Shown here: piece by piece, positions 1 through 8,175 of the stretch | Position numbering within the stretch: position 1 is the first letter of the stretch | Layout of the letters: each line of letters begins with the position of its first letter | Sequence record: phage_1 | Length of the DNA: 64,000 bases | Direction: 5' to 3' (one strand) | Program-made: the position numbers and the translations under genes | Notes under the pieces: model-generated | The model's input: the letters and a program-made list of their open reading frames with translations, nothing else | The model's database searches: none | What the model was told of the DNA's origin: nothing

Positions 1-76
1 GCCGTTTAAGCCCAGCCCGTATTACACGATGGGACAACTGCGCGCTTCCTTCAAAGGGAAAGCACGCTAAAGTGTG

Positions 77-103
77 GGGGACTTCGGTCCCCTTTCTTTT
101 TTT
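77..103 (+). terminator. Rho-independent terminator
   Basis: GGGGAC-TTCG-GTCCCC followed by T tract. Confidence 0.8.
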
Positions 104-144
104 GCGTTTTAGGCCAGTGATATGACTACAACGAGGGACAGCTA

Positions 145-1647
145 ATGCAACAGTATTTTGAAATTCCATCGTTGGACAAGACCATGCGCAAAGCTGTGGT
201 CGACGGCGTCGTAGAACGTGTGCTAAACGAATCTGGTATTGAACGTGCCAGTGTTGTTTTCACGGATAGCTTCAACACCGCCCATCAGCCAGGCTCTACG
301 CTCGGCGATGAGACACCGGTGGACTATTCAGCACCGAACCGTGTCTACGTCGAAGTGGAAGAAGAACGTGATGAACGCGCACGCATTAACCGTCAAGTTG
401 GGTTAGCGGCAGAGATTCCATTCTTCCATAACCCCGAAGACCAAGTACGCGCCGCTCCTGTCCGCGTAATGTATAACGTGACTATCACGCTACGGCGTGT
501 CGGCCCATCGCGTGACGAATTGTTACGTTGGGCGAACCGCCTGGATTCACTTATCGACATGGGTCGCTATTCAACCATGACGGAATCCGAAGCGTACTAC
601 TTGATTCCAAAACCTGCGCTTAAGCTATTGAACGAATGCTATATCGCCGCAGGGACCCGTGTGCCGAAATACGATGACTTTAAAGATTATCTAAAGGCGC
701 ACTTCACACCCGACGTTTTCACCACAGGTAATGTTGCCGGTGGTCAGAATGTCTTAGCGGTACGCTACGCACCAACCCGTATCGAGACGGTTTACGATGT
801 TATCTCTCCTACCTGGGATAACGACGAAAACCGTTACGAGACCAGCTTCGTTATACGCTTCTCATATCAGCGACCCGAAGAGGTGGTGATTACCTACCCG
901 TACATTATCAACCAGACACCGTTGCCTGATGAATGGTGGCCTGAGATAGACCCACCGTTTGTGAGTAATGAAGAGGGCGTGCAACGTCACCAACAGCAAA
1001 AGAACCTTGACGGCACTTGGTGGATTAATGAATCTCGCCAGTTCTTACGCCTACCGTATCTGCTGTCACCGACAGAACAGTTTGAACGTACACACTCGCC
1101 GCTAAAAGCAAAGCTTCTGCATGTGTTCGGCACCGATGTAGCATTCGGTGAAGAAAACATGACCGATCCTGAAGTTTGTAGCATTGACGACCTGCCGTAT
1201 GTTTGGAACGCTGAGGTGGTTCCTTATATCGAACACTGCCGCACGATAGACCCGACAGGTCAGACGGGCATTATCCGTATGGAGTTGTTCGAGAACGGTC
1301 AAATCATTGAACCACGTTTCTACCATTGGGAAAACGGTGTCTTCTCGCTACGTAACCGTGAAGTTCATGTCGAGAAAGCGTACTACTTAACAGAGTCGGC
1401 AATACACGACTGGCGTAATCTGGACTTATGGCCACTGCATCTTTATCCAAAAGCGGCAAAAGTGCTTATTGAGTGGTTATTCCCAGATTGGGATTGCCCG
1501 GATTGGTGGTGGGATAAACCTGTGTTACCACCAAGTGTGATTGATGAAATCACGAAGTTCTATCGCCGTGTCCTGTTGACGCAATTTAATACCACGATTA
1601 TAGCCATCAGAGGAGCCGATAATGCTCAAGGCGAACAAGAGGGGTGA
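145..1647 (+). CDS. Putative virion structural protein (phiKZ-like core gene)
   Basis: 500-aa ORF, RBS GAGGG, first of four overlapping/coupled ORFs; product inferred from position in virion block. Confidence 0.55.
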   Translation: MQQYFEIPSLDKTMRKAVVDGVVERVLNESGIERASVVFTDSFNTAHQPGSTLGDETPVDYSAPNRVYVEVEEERDERARINRQVGLAAEIPFFHNPEDQVRAAPVRVMYNVTITLRRVGPSRDELLRWANRLDSLIDMGRYSTMTESEAYYLIPKPALKLLNECYIAAGTRVPKYDDFKDYLKAHFTPDVFTTGNVAGGQNVLAVRYAPTRIETVYDVISPTWDNDENRYETSFVIRFSYQRPEEVVITYPYIINQTPLPDEWWPEIDPPFVSNEEGVQRHQQQKNLDGTWWINESRQFLRLPYLLSPTEQFERTHSPLKAKLLHVFGTDVAFGEENMTDPEVCSIDDLPYVWNAEVVPYIEHCRTIDPTGQTGIIRMELFENGQIIEPRFYHWENGVFSLRNREVHVEKAYYLTESAIHDWRNLDLWPLHLYPKAAKVLIEWLFPDWDCPDWWWDKPVLPPSVIDEITKFYRRVLLTQFNTTIIAIRGADNAQGEQEG

Positions 1648-2977
1648 TACTAAATTCGTTCCTGTTGAACCNNAAATTCCGATTAACAATAAACCGCAGG
1701 NCGGGGTNAAAGAAGCCAGCAACTTGGTAACGATTCCAACCCGCACCACGGTAACGGACTTCGACAGGATTCCGAAACAGTATCTCCTGCAATACAACGA
1801 AGGTTCTGAATGGCCGGTTGATTTTTATCACGCGTTGTCGGGTCGCAACGATCCGAAGACGATGTTCGATACTCAGAATGACAGCCCTACGCAACAGCTG
1901 CTTAAGATTGTTAATCTGTCATTACGTGTTAACGCACCGCTCGACCGTACGCAGGACGAACAACGTAAGACTTTCGAACTGACCGGGACGTCGACCCTGG
2001 TAGCATCGATTACACCGAACGAGGGTGACTTCTTTGTTGCGCCGATAGGCGACCATCGCCACGGTCTGTTTAACATCACTGCCGTTACCCGAATGTCGAA
2101 CAACAAAATTGCAACGTACCAGATACGTTACACGATGTTGTACGAGATTACACCGCAGATTGCAGAGACGATTCGTCTGTGCACTGTGAGAACGCTCCAT
2201 TACGTCCGTGAGCGCGCGTGGACCGGTGGTGATACCTTACTGACCCCCAACGAGTATCGTACGTTCCTGGAGCTGGGAGACCGCATTAAGGACATTGAGA
2301 CGACGTTTGTTCGCCGTTTCTACGATACCAGTTTAGAAACCCTCGCCTATCCACGTGACTGGAAACTCGACGGGTTAAAGGCGGGGGGTTATTACGACGT
2401 TTTCTTGGCGATGTTTGTGAAGGCTATTGGTCTTCGAACCGTTGGTAAAGATATCCGTATTTACCCACACCCGCCGAAACCTGTGCAGGATATCGAAACA
2501 CTGTTCACGGTGTTGTTAAATCAACAGCCAGAACTACTACCGTACGTCGAGAAAGAATGCAGCGCAGTTAACCCGCGCACATTCAGAACGATGCAGACCC
2601 GCAACACCATTGCATGGTCACAGTTCAGTTCGACGCGTTACTTTACATCACAGATTCGTCAGTTGGCAACGTACGACGGGGAGTGGCCAGAGTTCGAAGC
2701 ATTCGAACCGGTTATGTTCCCTGAGTATCAGGGCAACGCAGGCGAGGATATGGTGGCTTTTCTGCCGTTGACGTATAAACCCTACCTGTTAAGCGAAACG
2801 TTCTATAGCGGCTCGTACAGCTCGGTTCTGGAGCATTGTTTGTACCTGTATCTGAACAAACAACCAGTACCTAGTGAAGTGGCTGCGCGTTTAGCAGAAT
2901 TGGTACTGGCTTTACCGAAGGACAGTCAGTTCTATTACGTCCCGATGGTCTACGTGATTTTGAAATACGCGAGGTAG
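1622..2977 (+). CDS. Putative virion structural protein
   Basis: 451-aa ORF overlapping previous gene, RBS AGGAG; product inferred from context. Confidence 0.55.
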   Translation: MLKANKRGDTKFVPVEXXIPINNKPQXGXKEASNLVTIPTRTTVTDFDRIPKQYLLQYNEGSEWPVDFYHALSGRNDPKTMFDTQNDSPTQQLLKIVNLSLRVNAPLDRTQDEQRKTFELTGTSTLVASITPNEGDFFVAPIGDHRHGLFNITAVTRMSNNKIATYQIRYTMLYEITPQIAETIRLCTVRTLHYVRERAWTGGDTLLTPNEYRTFLELGDRIKDIETTFVRRFYDTSLETLAYPRDWKLDGLKAGGYYDVFLAMFVKAIGLRTVGKDIRIYPHPPKPVQDIETLFTVLLNQQPELLPYVEKECSAVNPRTFRTMQTRNTIAWSQFSSTRYFTSQIRQLATYDGEWPEFEAFEPVMFPEYQGNAGEDMVAFLPLTYKPYLLSETFYSGSYSSVLEHCLYLYLNKQPVPSEVAARLAELVLALPKDSQFYYVPMVYVILKYAR

Positions 2978-2979
2978 TA

Positions 2980-3519
2980 ATGTCGGAGAAGAAGCGCAGT
3001 GCAGCATTTATGCTGTTTAAAGCGTGGGTGTTCTTCCGGGTACCGGAATACGCAACCATCACAACCTACGCCAGTCAGGAACACGGATTGTTCTTGCCAG
3101 AAGACCCGAAGAAACGACAAGCGTTGTTACTGAACATGAAGCCTATCTATCTACACCCCTCAGAAGCTGCTGAGTATTTAGCGACAGGTGGTGCGTTGGA
3201 TGTACACGACCCGCATGACGGGATTAAAGTGTACGGGTGGATTATGGAACACCTTGCGGACTGGCTGAACTATCTGGAGAACCCGACGCTGATTTACCGG
3301 GAAGTCCCTATCGAAGGGTTGCGNCAGTTCAATGTGCNGGCTTCGAAACTNTTTCCTGTGGCTAACCGCTNNGGGTNTTTCAAAAAACCCCCCCCAAANA
3401 GGGCGGNCTGTGTTNANTNNTTNTTTGGGCAGGTCCNCCNGGAGTCTAAACTCCACCGTTTTAATGATACGATTATGAAACGTATTGAGTACGCTTATAG
3501 AGCCCGAGGAGGTCGCTAA
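2980..3519 (+). CDS. Conserved hypothetical protein
   Basis: 179-aa ORF, RBS GAGG, stop overlaps next start. Confidence 0.55.
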   Translation: MSEKKRSAAFMLFKAWVFFRVPEYATITTYASQEHGLFLPEDPKKRQALLLNMKPIYLHPSEAAEYLATGGALDVHDPHDGIKVYGWIMEHLADWLNYLENPTLIYREVPIEGLXQFNVXASKXFPVANRXGXFKKPPPXRAXCVXXXFGQVXXESKLHRFNDTIMKRIEYAYRARGGR

Positions 3520-4832
3520 TGTCGTTTGGTCGGTTACAACAGATGGCGAACGGTCACATCGCTAATGCTCGGGGGTTACCGGCTATCGACTACGGGATAT
3601 TCCTCACGGTACACGGTGCCCCAGTGACGGTGTTGAAGATGCTGTCTATCATTCACACCGGTCACTTTACGCGTGATATCTGTTTGTTGACACATCTCAC
3701 CCTGGCTATACCCTACAGCCACATGCGAATGATCACATCGTCCGCAGAAGGGGATTTGAAGGTAAAGCTGTTACTGCGTCGTGGACAGAAAATCGCGGGG
3801 GTCTTTAACTACCGCGGCATCGTGATAAATAACCGCGACCACAACGCGGAATCACCGACGATGTTCTTGAGTCAGTCTGATGAGAAATCTATCGCATTGG
3901 TAACATTGGAGCTGATGGATGAGTCGATGTGGTTCCTGCGTAATCGTCAAGTGGGCGGCATCTACCACGAAACAGATGGGTTAACAGTGGCTCGCTCGAT
4001 ATTGGCGGATACGTTGCCGGAAGGGGTGGCTGCAGAGGGGCAGTTGAAAGGGATTGAATATGATGAAGAAGAACAGCAGGCATATCGGGACATTGTCATA
4101 CCCGACTCCGAAGACTTCTTAAGCGTGTTTGATTATCTGCAGAACCATTACGGTGTTTACAGCAAAGGTATTGGAGTCTTCCAATACCTACAACGCTGGT
4201 ATCTGTATCGACCTTGGGACTCGTTGAAGTTTAATAACACAACTAAGCCTAAACTGGTCATCTATAATCTGCCTCGTGAACAGGCTGCTCACATTGACCG
4301 CACCACTGATATCGCGGGTAATGTTATCTATCTGATTTGTGGCGGCGACACCAGTAGTTTGGAATACCGTGACCAGGCCGCGCTTAACCAGGGTACGGGT
4401 TACCGGGTAGGGTCTGTACGTGTGTTGGATGGGCGTAGTAGTTCATTTACGCCTGGCGACATCAGTATGACCACACCTGATAAATTTGTGGCACAGGCCG
4501 ACCCTGCTGCGTATCCAGGTGGTGTGGTTAACGCACCAATCGATCCTGATAAGCACTTTAGCGATACCGATAAACCACAGCGGTCTAAACTGGAGATGAG
4601 TCTGGGTACGATTGTGCAAACAACCTGGAACCGTTCAACGCACGGCATCCTATATCCCGGTATGCCGGTAAAATACGTTTTTGCCAACGAGTATGGGGTC
4701 TATACCCGCTACGGCACGTTGGTGGGTGAAGTGTTCCAGTCTGCTGTCGACGGTCAAACGATGGCATCAGGACGCTATAACACCCAATCACAACTGAGTC
4801 TTTGGCTCAAAGATGAAAAATTTACAGCTTAG
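3519..4832 (+). CDS. Putative virion/baseplate hub-like protein
   Basis: 437-aa ORF, RBS GGAGG; size and context resemble phiKZ-like baseplate proteins; hub call is tentative. Confidence 0.45.
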   Translation: MSFGRLQQMANGHIANARGLPAIDYGIFLTVHGAPVTVLKMLSIIHTGHFTRDICLLTHLTLAIPYSHMRMITSSAEGDLKVKLLLRRGQKIAGVFNYRGIVINNRDHNAESPTMFLSQSDEKSIALVTLELMDESMWFLRNRQVGGIYHETDGLTVARSILADTLPEGVAAEGQLKGIEYDEEEQQAYRDIVIPDSEDFLSVFDYLQNHYGVYSKGIGVFQYLQRWYLYRPWDSLKFNNTTKPKLVIYNLPREQAAHIDRTTDIAGNVIYLICGGDTSSLEYRDQAALNQGTGYRVGSVRVLDGRSSSFTPGDISMTTPDKFVAQADPAAYPGGVVNAPIDPDKHFSDTDKPQRSKLEMSLGTIVQTTWNRSTHGILYPGMPVKYVFANEYGVYTRYGTLVGEVFQSAVDGQTMASGRYNTQSQLSLWLKDEKFTA

Positions 4833-4875
4833 TCATCTAGTATGACCCGTAAGTAACCTTAAGGAAAATATTGCA

Positions 4876-5673
4876 ATGAAAGCGATTCACACCTTTCGCA
4901 TGACCGGCCAAACTGTTCTCGACATTGATGCGTACGAAGCCGCTAACTTCACCAAACCGACCAAGCTCTGGGATCGCCTGGTTAAGGTACTGCCGCAAAG
5001 CGGTGAGGTGCAGTTGGATTTTGTCATGGCATCGACGTTGGATAAGACAGTGGCAGTTATTTATACTGCTGACGGTGTGCAGAGTAAGAAGGACCTGGCA
5101 ATCGAAGATAAAGGCGGGCTGGGTTATCACTTGTTCCTGCACTGCGTAACCACTGCACCGATTTCAGCTGCGCTGGCGGGACAGTACGGTTTCGCGAATG
5201 CGTATTTCCTGGCACAGAAACTCGCCGTGAATGTTATTCCGGGTGACGTGACCACTTACCCTGAATACGTACAGCGTATCCTGCCAGAGCACTTCGCTGC
5301 AGACGACTACGATTTCAACGTGTTCCGTTTCGCATTGATCGGCGAATCGCGCGATCCAGAATACACCGTTGGCTTGCGTGCCTGTCTGCGTCACTCCGTT
5401 ATCTCTTCGGATGAAGGGATGTCGAATAACGTGAACGAAGTGTTCCCGATGATGCAAGTCGGTCCGTATATCACTTTCAACTCGTACATTCCGTTCCCGG
5501 CACAGATTCTGCCGCCGCAGAACGATAACAGTGNACNGCCAATCGCCGACAAGTATTCACTGCGTGCGAGCGAAGCAGTCGAAGTGATTAACGATCGTCG
5601 CTTTACATTGTCAGTGACCAGCGGCATCAGTGAACCGGAAGTTGCGGTCTCTCAGAGCCTGGATTTGATGTAA
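4876..5673 (+). CDS. Hypothetical (possibly virion) protein
   Basis: 265-aa ORF, RBS AAGGA, strongly biased codons, TATGAC motif upstream. Confidence 0.55.
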   Translation: MKAIHTFRMTGQTVLDIDAYEAANFTKPTKLWDRLVKVLPQSGEVQLDFVMASTLDKTVAVIYTADGVQSKKDLAIEDKGGLGYHLFLHCVTTAPISAALAGQYGFANAYFLAQKLAVNVIPGDVTTYPEYVQRILPEHFAADDYDFNVFRFALIGESRDPEYTVGLRACLRHSVISSDEGMSNNVNEVFPMMQVGPYITFNSYIPFPAQILPPQNDNSXXPIADKYSLRASEAVEVINDRRFTLSVTSGISEPEVAVSQSLDLM

Positions 5674-5680
5674 AAGTGTG

Positions 5681-5715
5681 CCTGGTCTCCTTGTGAGACC
5701 AGGTCTCTTTATTTT
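5681..5715 (+). terminator. Rho-independent terminator
   Basis: CCTGGTCTC-CTTGT-GAGACCAGG plus T-rich tail. Confidence 0.7.
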
Positions 5716-5839
5716 AGCCCTCTAAACGCACTCACAACCTTCTAAAGCCTCTCTAACGGTAGAACGACCCTCTAAAGTGATAAAAGCTCTCAAAACGCGT
5801 TTGAGAGCGTTATAGAGGGTGTACTCTGAATAAAAATAA

Positions 5840-5908
5840 TTTCAGATATATATTACCTAGGTGATAGAAGACAATCTATCAACTCAATCGACTATTAATC
5901 TAAAGGAG
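5840..5908 (+). promoter_or_regulatory. Early promoter + hairpin + leader cassette, copy 1
   Basis: TTTCAGATATATATTACCTAGGTGA contains TATATTAC (phiKZ early motif); TGATAGA/TCTATCA hairpin; AATCGACTATTAATCTAAAGGAG. Confidence 0.75.
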
Positions 5909-5915
5909 TATTACC

Positions 5916-6059
5916 ATGTTAACTCGTAACCATAAACGTGCCATCTTCGCCATCGTTGCTGTTGTTGCTTTCGCGGTACTGTCTATCACTGTAACTCAAG
6001 ATTACAACAAGTGCATCGATAACGGTAACTCTGTTGCCATGTGTACAGGTCGCGGCTAA
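5916..6059 (+). CDS. Small single-pass membrane protein, 47 aa (not in ORF track)
   Basis: MLTRNHKRAIFAIVAVVAFAVLSITVTQDYNKCIDNGNSVAMCTGRG; RBS AAGGAG; TAATG coupling to next ORF. Confidence 0.75.
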   Translation: MLTRNHKRAIFAIVAVVAFAVLSITVTQDYNKCIDNGNSVAMCTGRG

Positions 6060-6241
6060 TGGACTTTTCTGATACGCAGTTTGCCGAGTTCTTATCTCAC
6101 CCGCGTGTTAAACGTGAGTGGGATAATCTCACTAACGGTGTTCGTCATCAGGACGAAGAAGAAATTGTTCACGTTACCGCGCAAGTCTTACTCGTCTCAC
6201 CGACAGGTAATGTGTTTCCAATGCAGCAGGAGATTTACTAA
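6059..6241 (+). CDS. Hypothetical early protein (MDFSDTQF...)
   Basis: Start overlaps upstream stop (TAATG); 60 aa. Confidence 0.6.
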   Translation: MDFSDTQFAEFLSHPRVKREWDNLTNGVRHQDEEEIVHVTAQVLLVSPTGNVFPMQQEIY

Positions 6242-6429
6242 TGGGTGTTTTAGTTAATTACGATGGTAAAAACGGAATNGTGCTTCGCGGCGTGGNAGAN
6301 AACTTATATGTAGNGGTGAATCCANAAACCNCAGAACGAACNTTTATNGTGGGGCCNAAAAGCGCTTTACCNAAGCCGGANTGGAAAGAAGAGNTGGNGA
6401 AGTTCCGTGGGGAANTNGGGAACAATTAG
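6241..6429 (+). CDS. Hypothetical early protein
   Basis: 62 aa, RBS AGGAG, TAATG overlap; many Ns. Confidence 0.55.
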   Translation: MGVLVNYDGKNGXVLRGVXXNLYVXVNPXTXERXFXVGXKSALXKPXWKEEXXKFRGEXGNN

Positions 6430-6441
6430 TATAGATAATTT

Positions 6442-6470
6442 AATACCACCTACGGGTGGTATTATTTTTT
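6442..6470 (+). terminator. Rho-independent terminator
   Basis: AATACCACC-TACG-GGTGGTATT plus T tract. Confidence 0.75.
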
Positions 6471-6481
6471 GCCTAAGGAAC

Positions 6482-6904
6482 ATGAAAATGATTAATGAGA
6501 AGCTCCAAAAGTATTTAAAGAATGACACTGACTGGATGGTTCTTGACCAGTACGGACGATTTGTTCCGCTATCCAAGGATTCCCCTATACCCCGTGACAA
6601 GGCGATTTATATTCCTGACGGTAAGGGTGGCTATCGTTTCTGGGAAGGCCAGGAAGTAAAAGAGGAAATGTTCTACATGGAGCCGAAGTTCCGTGCAGCG
6701 TTCCCATCGAAAAATATTAACGGCTATGTTTACAACGCAATCCCGCCAATTACGCATCCTAACTTTGAGGTTGTGAACTACCCCGCAACTGTTCTGGATT
6801 GGCAACGTGCCATTAGTGAACACTACACGATTCCGCTTGAAGGTGTTTACTTCCCATTCCGTGATATTAGTTTGGACGACTTTATTAACTCTCTTAAGGA
6901 CTAA
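6482..6904 (+). CDS. Hypothetical protein
   Basis: Start revised to ATG 6482 after AAGGAA. Confidence 0.6.
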   Translation: MKMINEKLQKYLKNDTDWMVLDQYGRFVPLSKDSPIPRDKAIYIPDGKGGYRFWEGQEVKEEMFYMEPKFRAAFPSKNINGYVYNAIPPITHPNFEVVNYPATVLDWQRAISEHYTIPLEGVYFPFRDISLDDFINSLKD

Positions 6905-6908
6905 AAAA

Positions 6909-7769
6909 ATGTACAGTATTACAGATTTCATCAAAAATGCGGATTTCCTCCTACCTTCCGACCACGAAGTATTGGCTAGCGATCCGTTAACCGATGCGGC
7001 CATTGTCCAGCTGGACCGCGACAAACGTCGTACTTATGTCGTGTTGGTCGAAGGGCAGAGCTACGGCCTGTCTTCTTACGACCTGGAGCAGCAAGAGCGT
7101 TTCCTCGATGAAAACCGCAAAACGTCAATGTATAGCGCTATCTCGCGCGCGTTGTGCAAGGTAATGGCGACGATCACAGACAGCAAAAAACGCATTGCCG
7201 TGCTACAGGGTATCAATGCGNTAACGACCAAAATCCAACAACTTGAAGGTTTCCATTGCCCACGATTGGAAGCCGCACAGAAGGATGCTAAGGGCGATGA
7301 GGCCATGGCACTGTTTGAAGGCAATACTGTCTTTGCAACAGCTGAAGCTTGTTATCTCACCTATCCAACTTTTAACTATACGCCAATCAGCGACACCGTA
7401 GACGGGATTAAAGTAGAGAACGTCGTGCAATGGGGTCGTGCAAATCTCAAGTTTGTGATGTCCCATGAAGAAGAAAATCAAGACGGACTTGGACAGAAGA
7501 TTCAACGTTGGTTCACGGCGCGTTTGGACGCCAACTGGGAAGCGCATGTTAACGCAGAGCTTCGTAAATTTCACGCGGTAGTCGCATTGTTAAAAGAAGA
7601 CACACCTGCCCAGAAACAATCGAAGGCACCCGTGGTTGGCNGGNNGNGNTCCGGNTGNAACCNCAACCANGTCNCTACAGTACCGAGAACTCATCGCTAC
7701 ACTTCGCAGACGATGAACATTGCTTGCCCGGCTTGCGGTAAGATCAACGAAGTTGATTATAAACCGTAG
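6909..7769 (+). CDS. Hypothetical protein with C-terminal CxxC motif
   Basis: Start revised to ATG 6909 after AAGGA; ends IACPACGKINEVDYKP. Confidence 0.6.
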   Translation: MYSITDFIKNADFLLPSDHEVLASDPLTDAAIVQLDRDKRRTYVVLVEGQSYGLSSYDLEQQERFLDENRKTSMYSAISRALCKVMATITDSKKRIAVLQGINAXTTKIQQLEGFHCPRLEAAQKDAKGDEAMALFEGNTVFATAEACYLTYPTFNYTPISDTVDGIKVENVVQWGRANLKFVMSHEEENQDGLGQKIQRWFTARLDANWEAHVNAELRKFHAVVALLKEDTPAQKQSKAPVVGXXXSXXNXNXVXTVPRTHRYTSQTMNIACPACGKINEVDYKP

Positions 7770-7775
7770 TAGTAC

Positions 7776-7815
7776 CCCCTCTTACCTTCGGGTAAGAGGG
7801 TTTTATATTTATTTT
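7776..7815 (+). terminator. Rho-independent terminator
   Basis: CCCTCTTACC-TTCG-GGTAAGAGGG plus T tract; 25-nt core identical to 34789-34813. Confidence 0.8.
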
Positions 7816-7818
7816 CCG

Positions 7819-7857
7819 AAAAGAAAATAAAAGGCGCTCTCTCCCGAAGGAGAGAGC
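7819..7857 (-). terminator. Minus-strand Rho-independent terminator
   Basis: GCTCTCTCC-CGAA-GGAGAGAGC (UUCG loop on minus strand) preceded by A tract. Confidence 0.65.
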
Positions 7858-7883
7858 TTATTCACATCCACTTAGAGGTTAAC

Positions 7884-8030
7884 ATGAATACCTTTATACA
7901 ACAACTGCGTCAGCAACAGCTGAAACAAGTCGCTTTTCAACAACGTCTGCAAGAGGTTAGCCGCCAACCGCAGACTTCCACCCGTACCATTAAAGGACTA
8001 GGAGGTGACATCATCTTCAATAAGAAGTAA
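7884..8030 (+). CDS. Small Gln-rich protein, 48 aa (not in ORF track)
   Basis: MNTFIQQLRQQQLKQVAFQQRLQEVSRQPQTSTRTIKGLGGDIIFNKK; RBS AGAGG. Confidence 0.55.
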   Translation: MNTFIQQLRQQQLKQVAFQQRLQEVSRQPQTSTRTIKGLGGDIIFNKK

Positions 8031-8175
8031 CACTAACCNNNNNATGAAATAACTTTACCCGAGTGCTGGAAGCACTCGGGTAATTCCATGCATATAAATA
8101 GTTCGTCGTATTTTTTTTTGATCTCGGCAAGACGCATAAACTGCCCGTAGGGGAGCCTAAGCTCCCCAGTGCTCG

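Noticed and set aside
3323-3440. Clusters of N bases (also near 6280-6420, 10390-10420, 12630-12675, 23207-23270, 24660-24750, 35070-35100, 35480-35560, 62940-62990) as hypervariable or DGR target regions
   Set aside because: They fall in conserved core and accessory genes alike with no template repeat or RT nearby; most likely low-quality or consensus base calls
4837-5457. Short alternative-frame and antisense ORFs in the track (60-170 aa) overlapping longer genes, here and throughout the window
   Set aside because: No SD, atypical composition, and fully overlapped by well-supported ORFs in a genome that is almost entirely plus-strand coded
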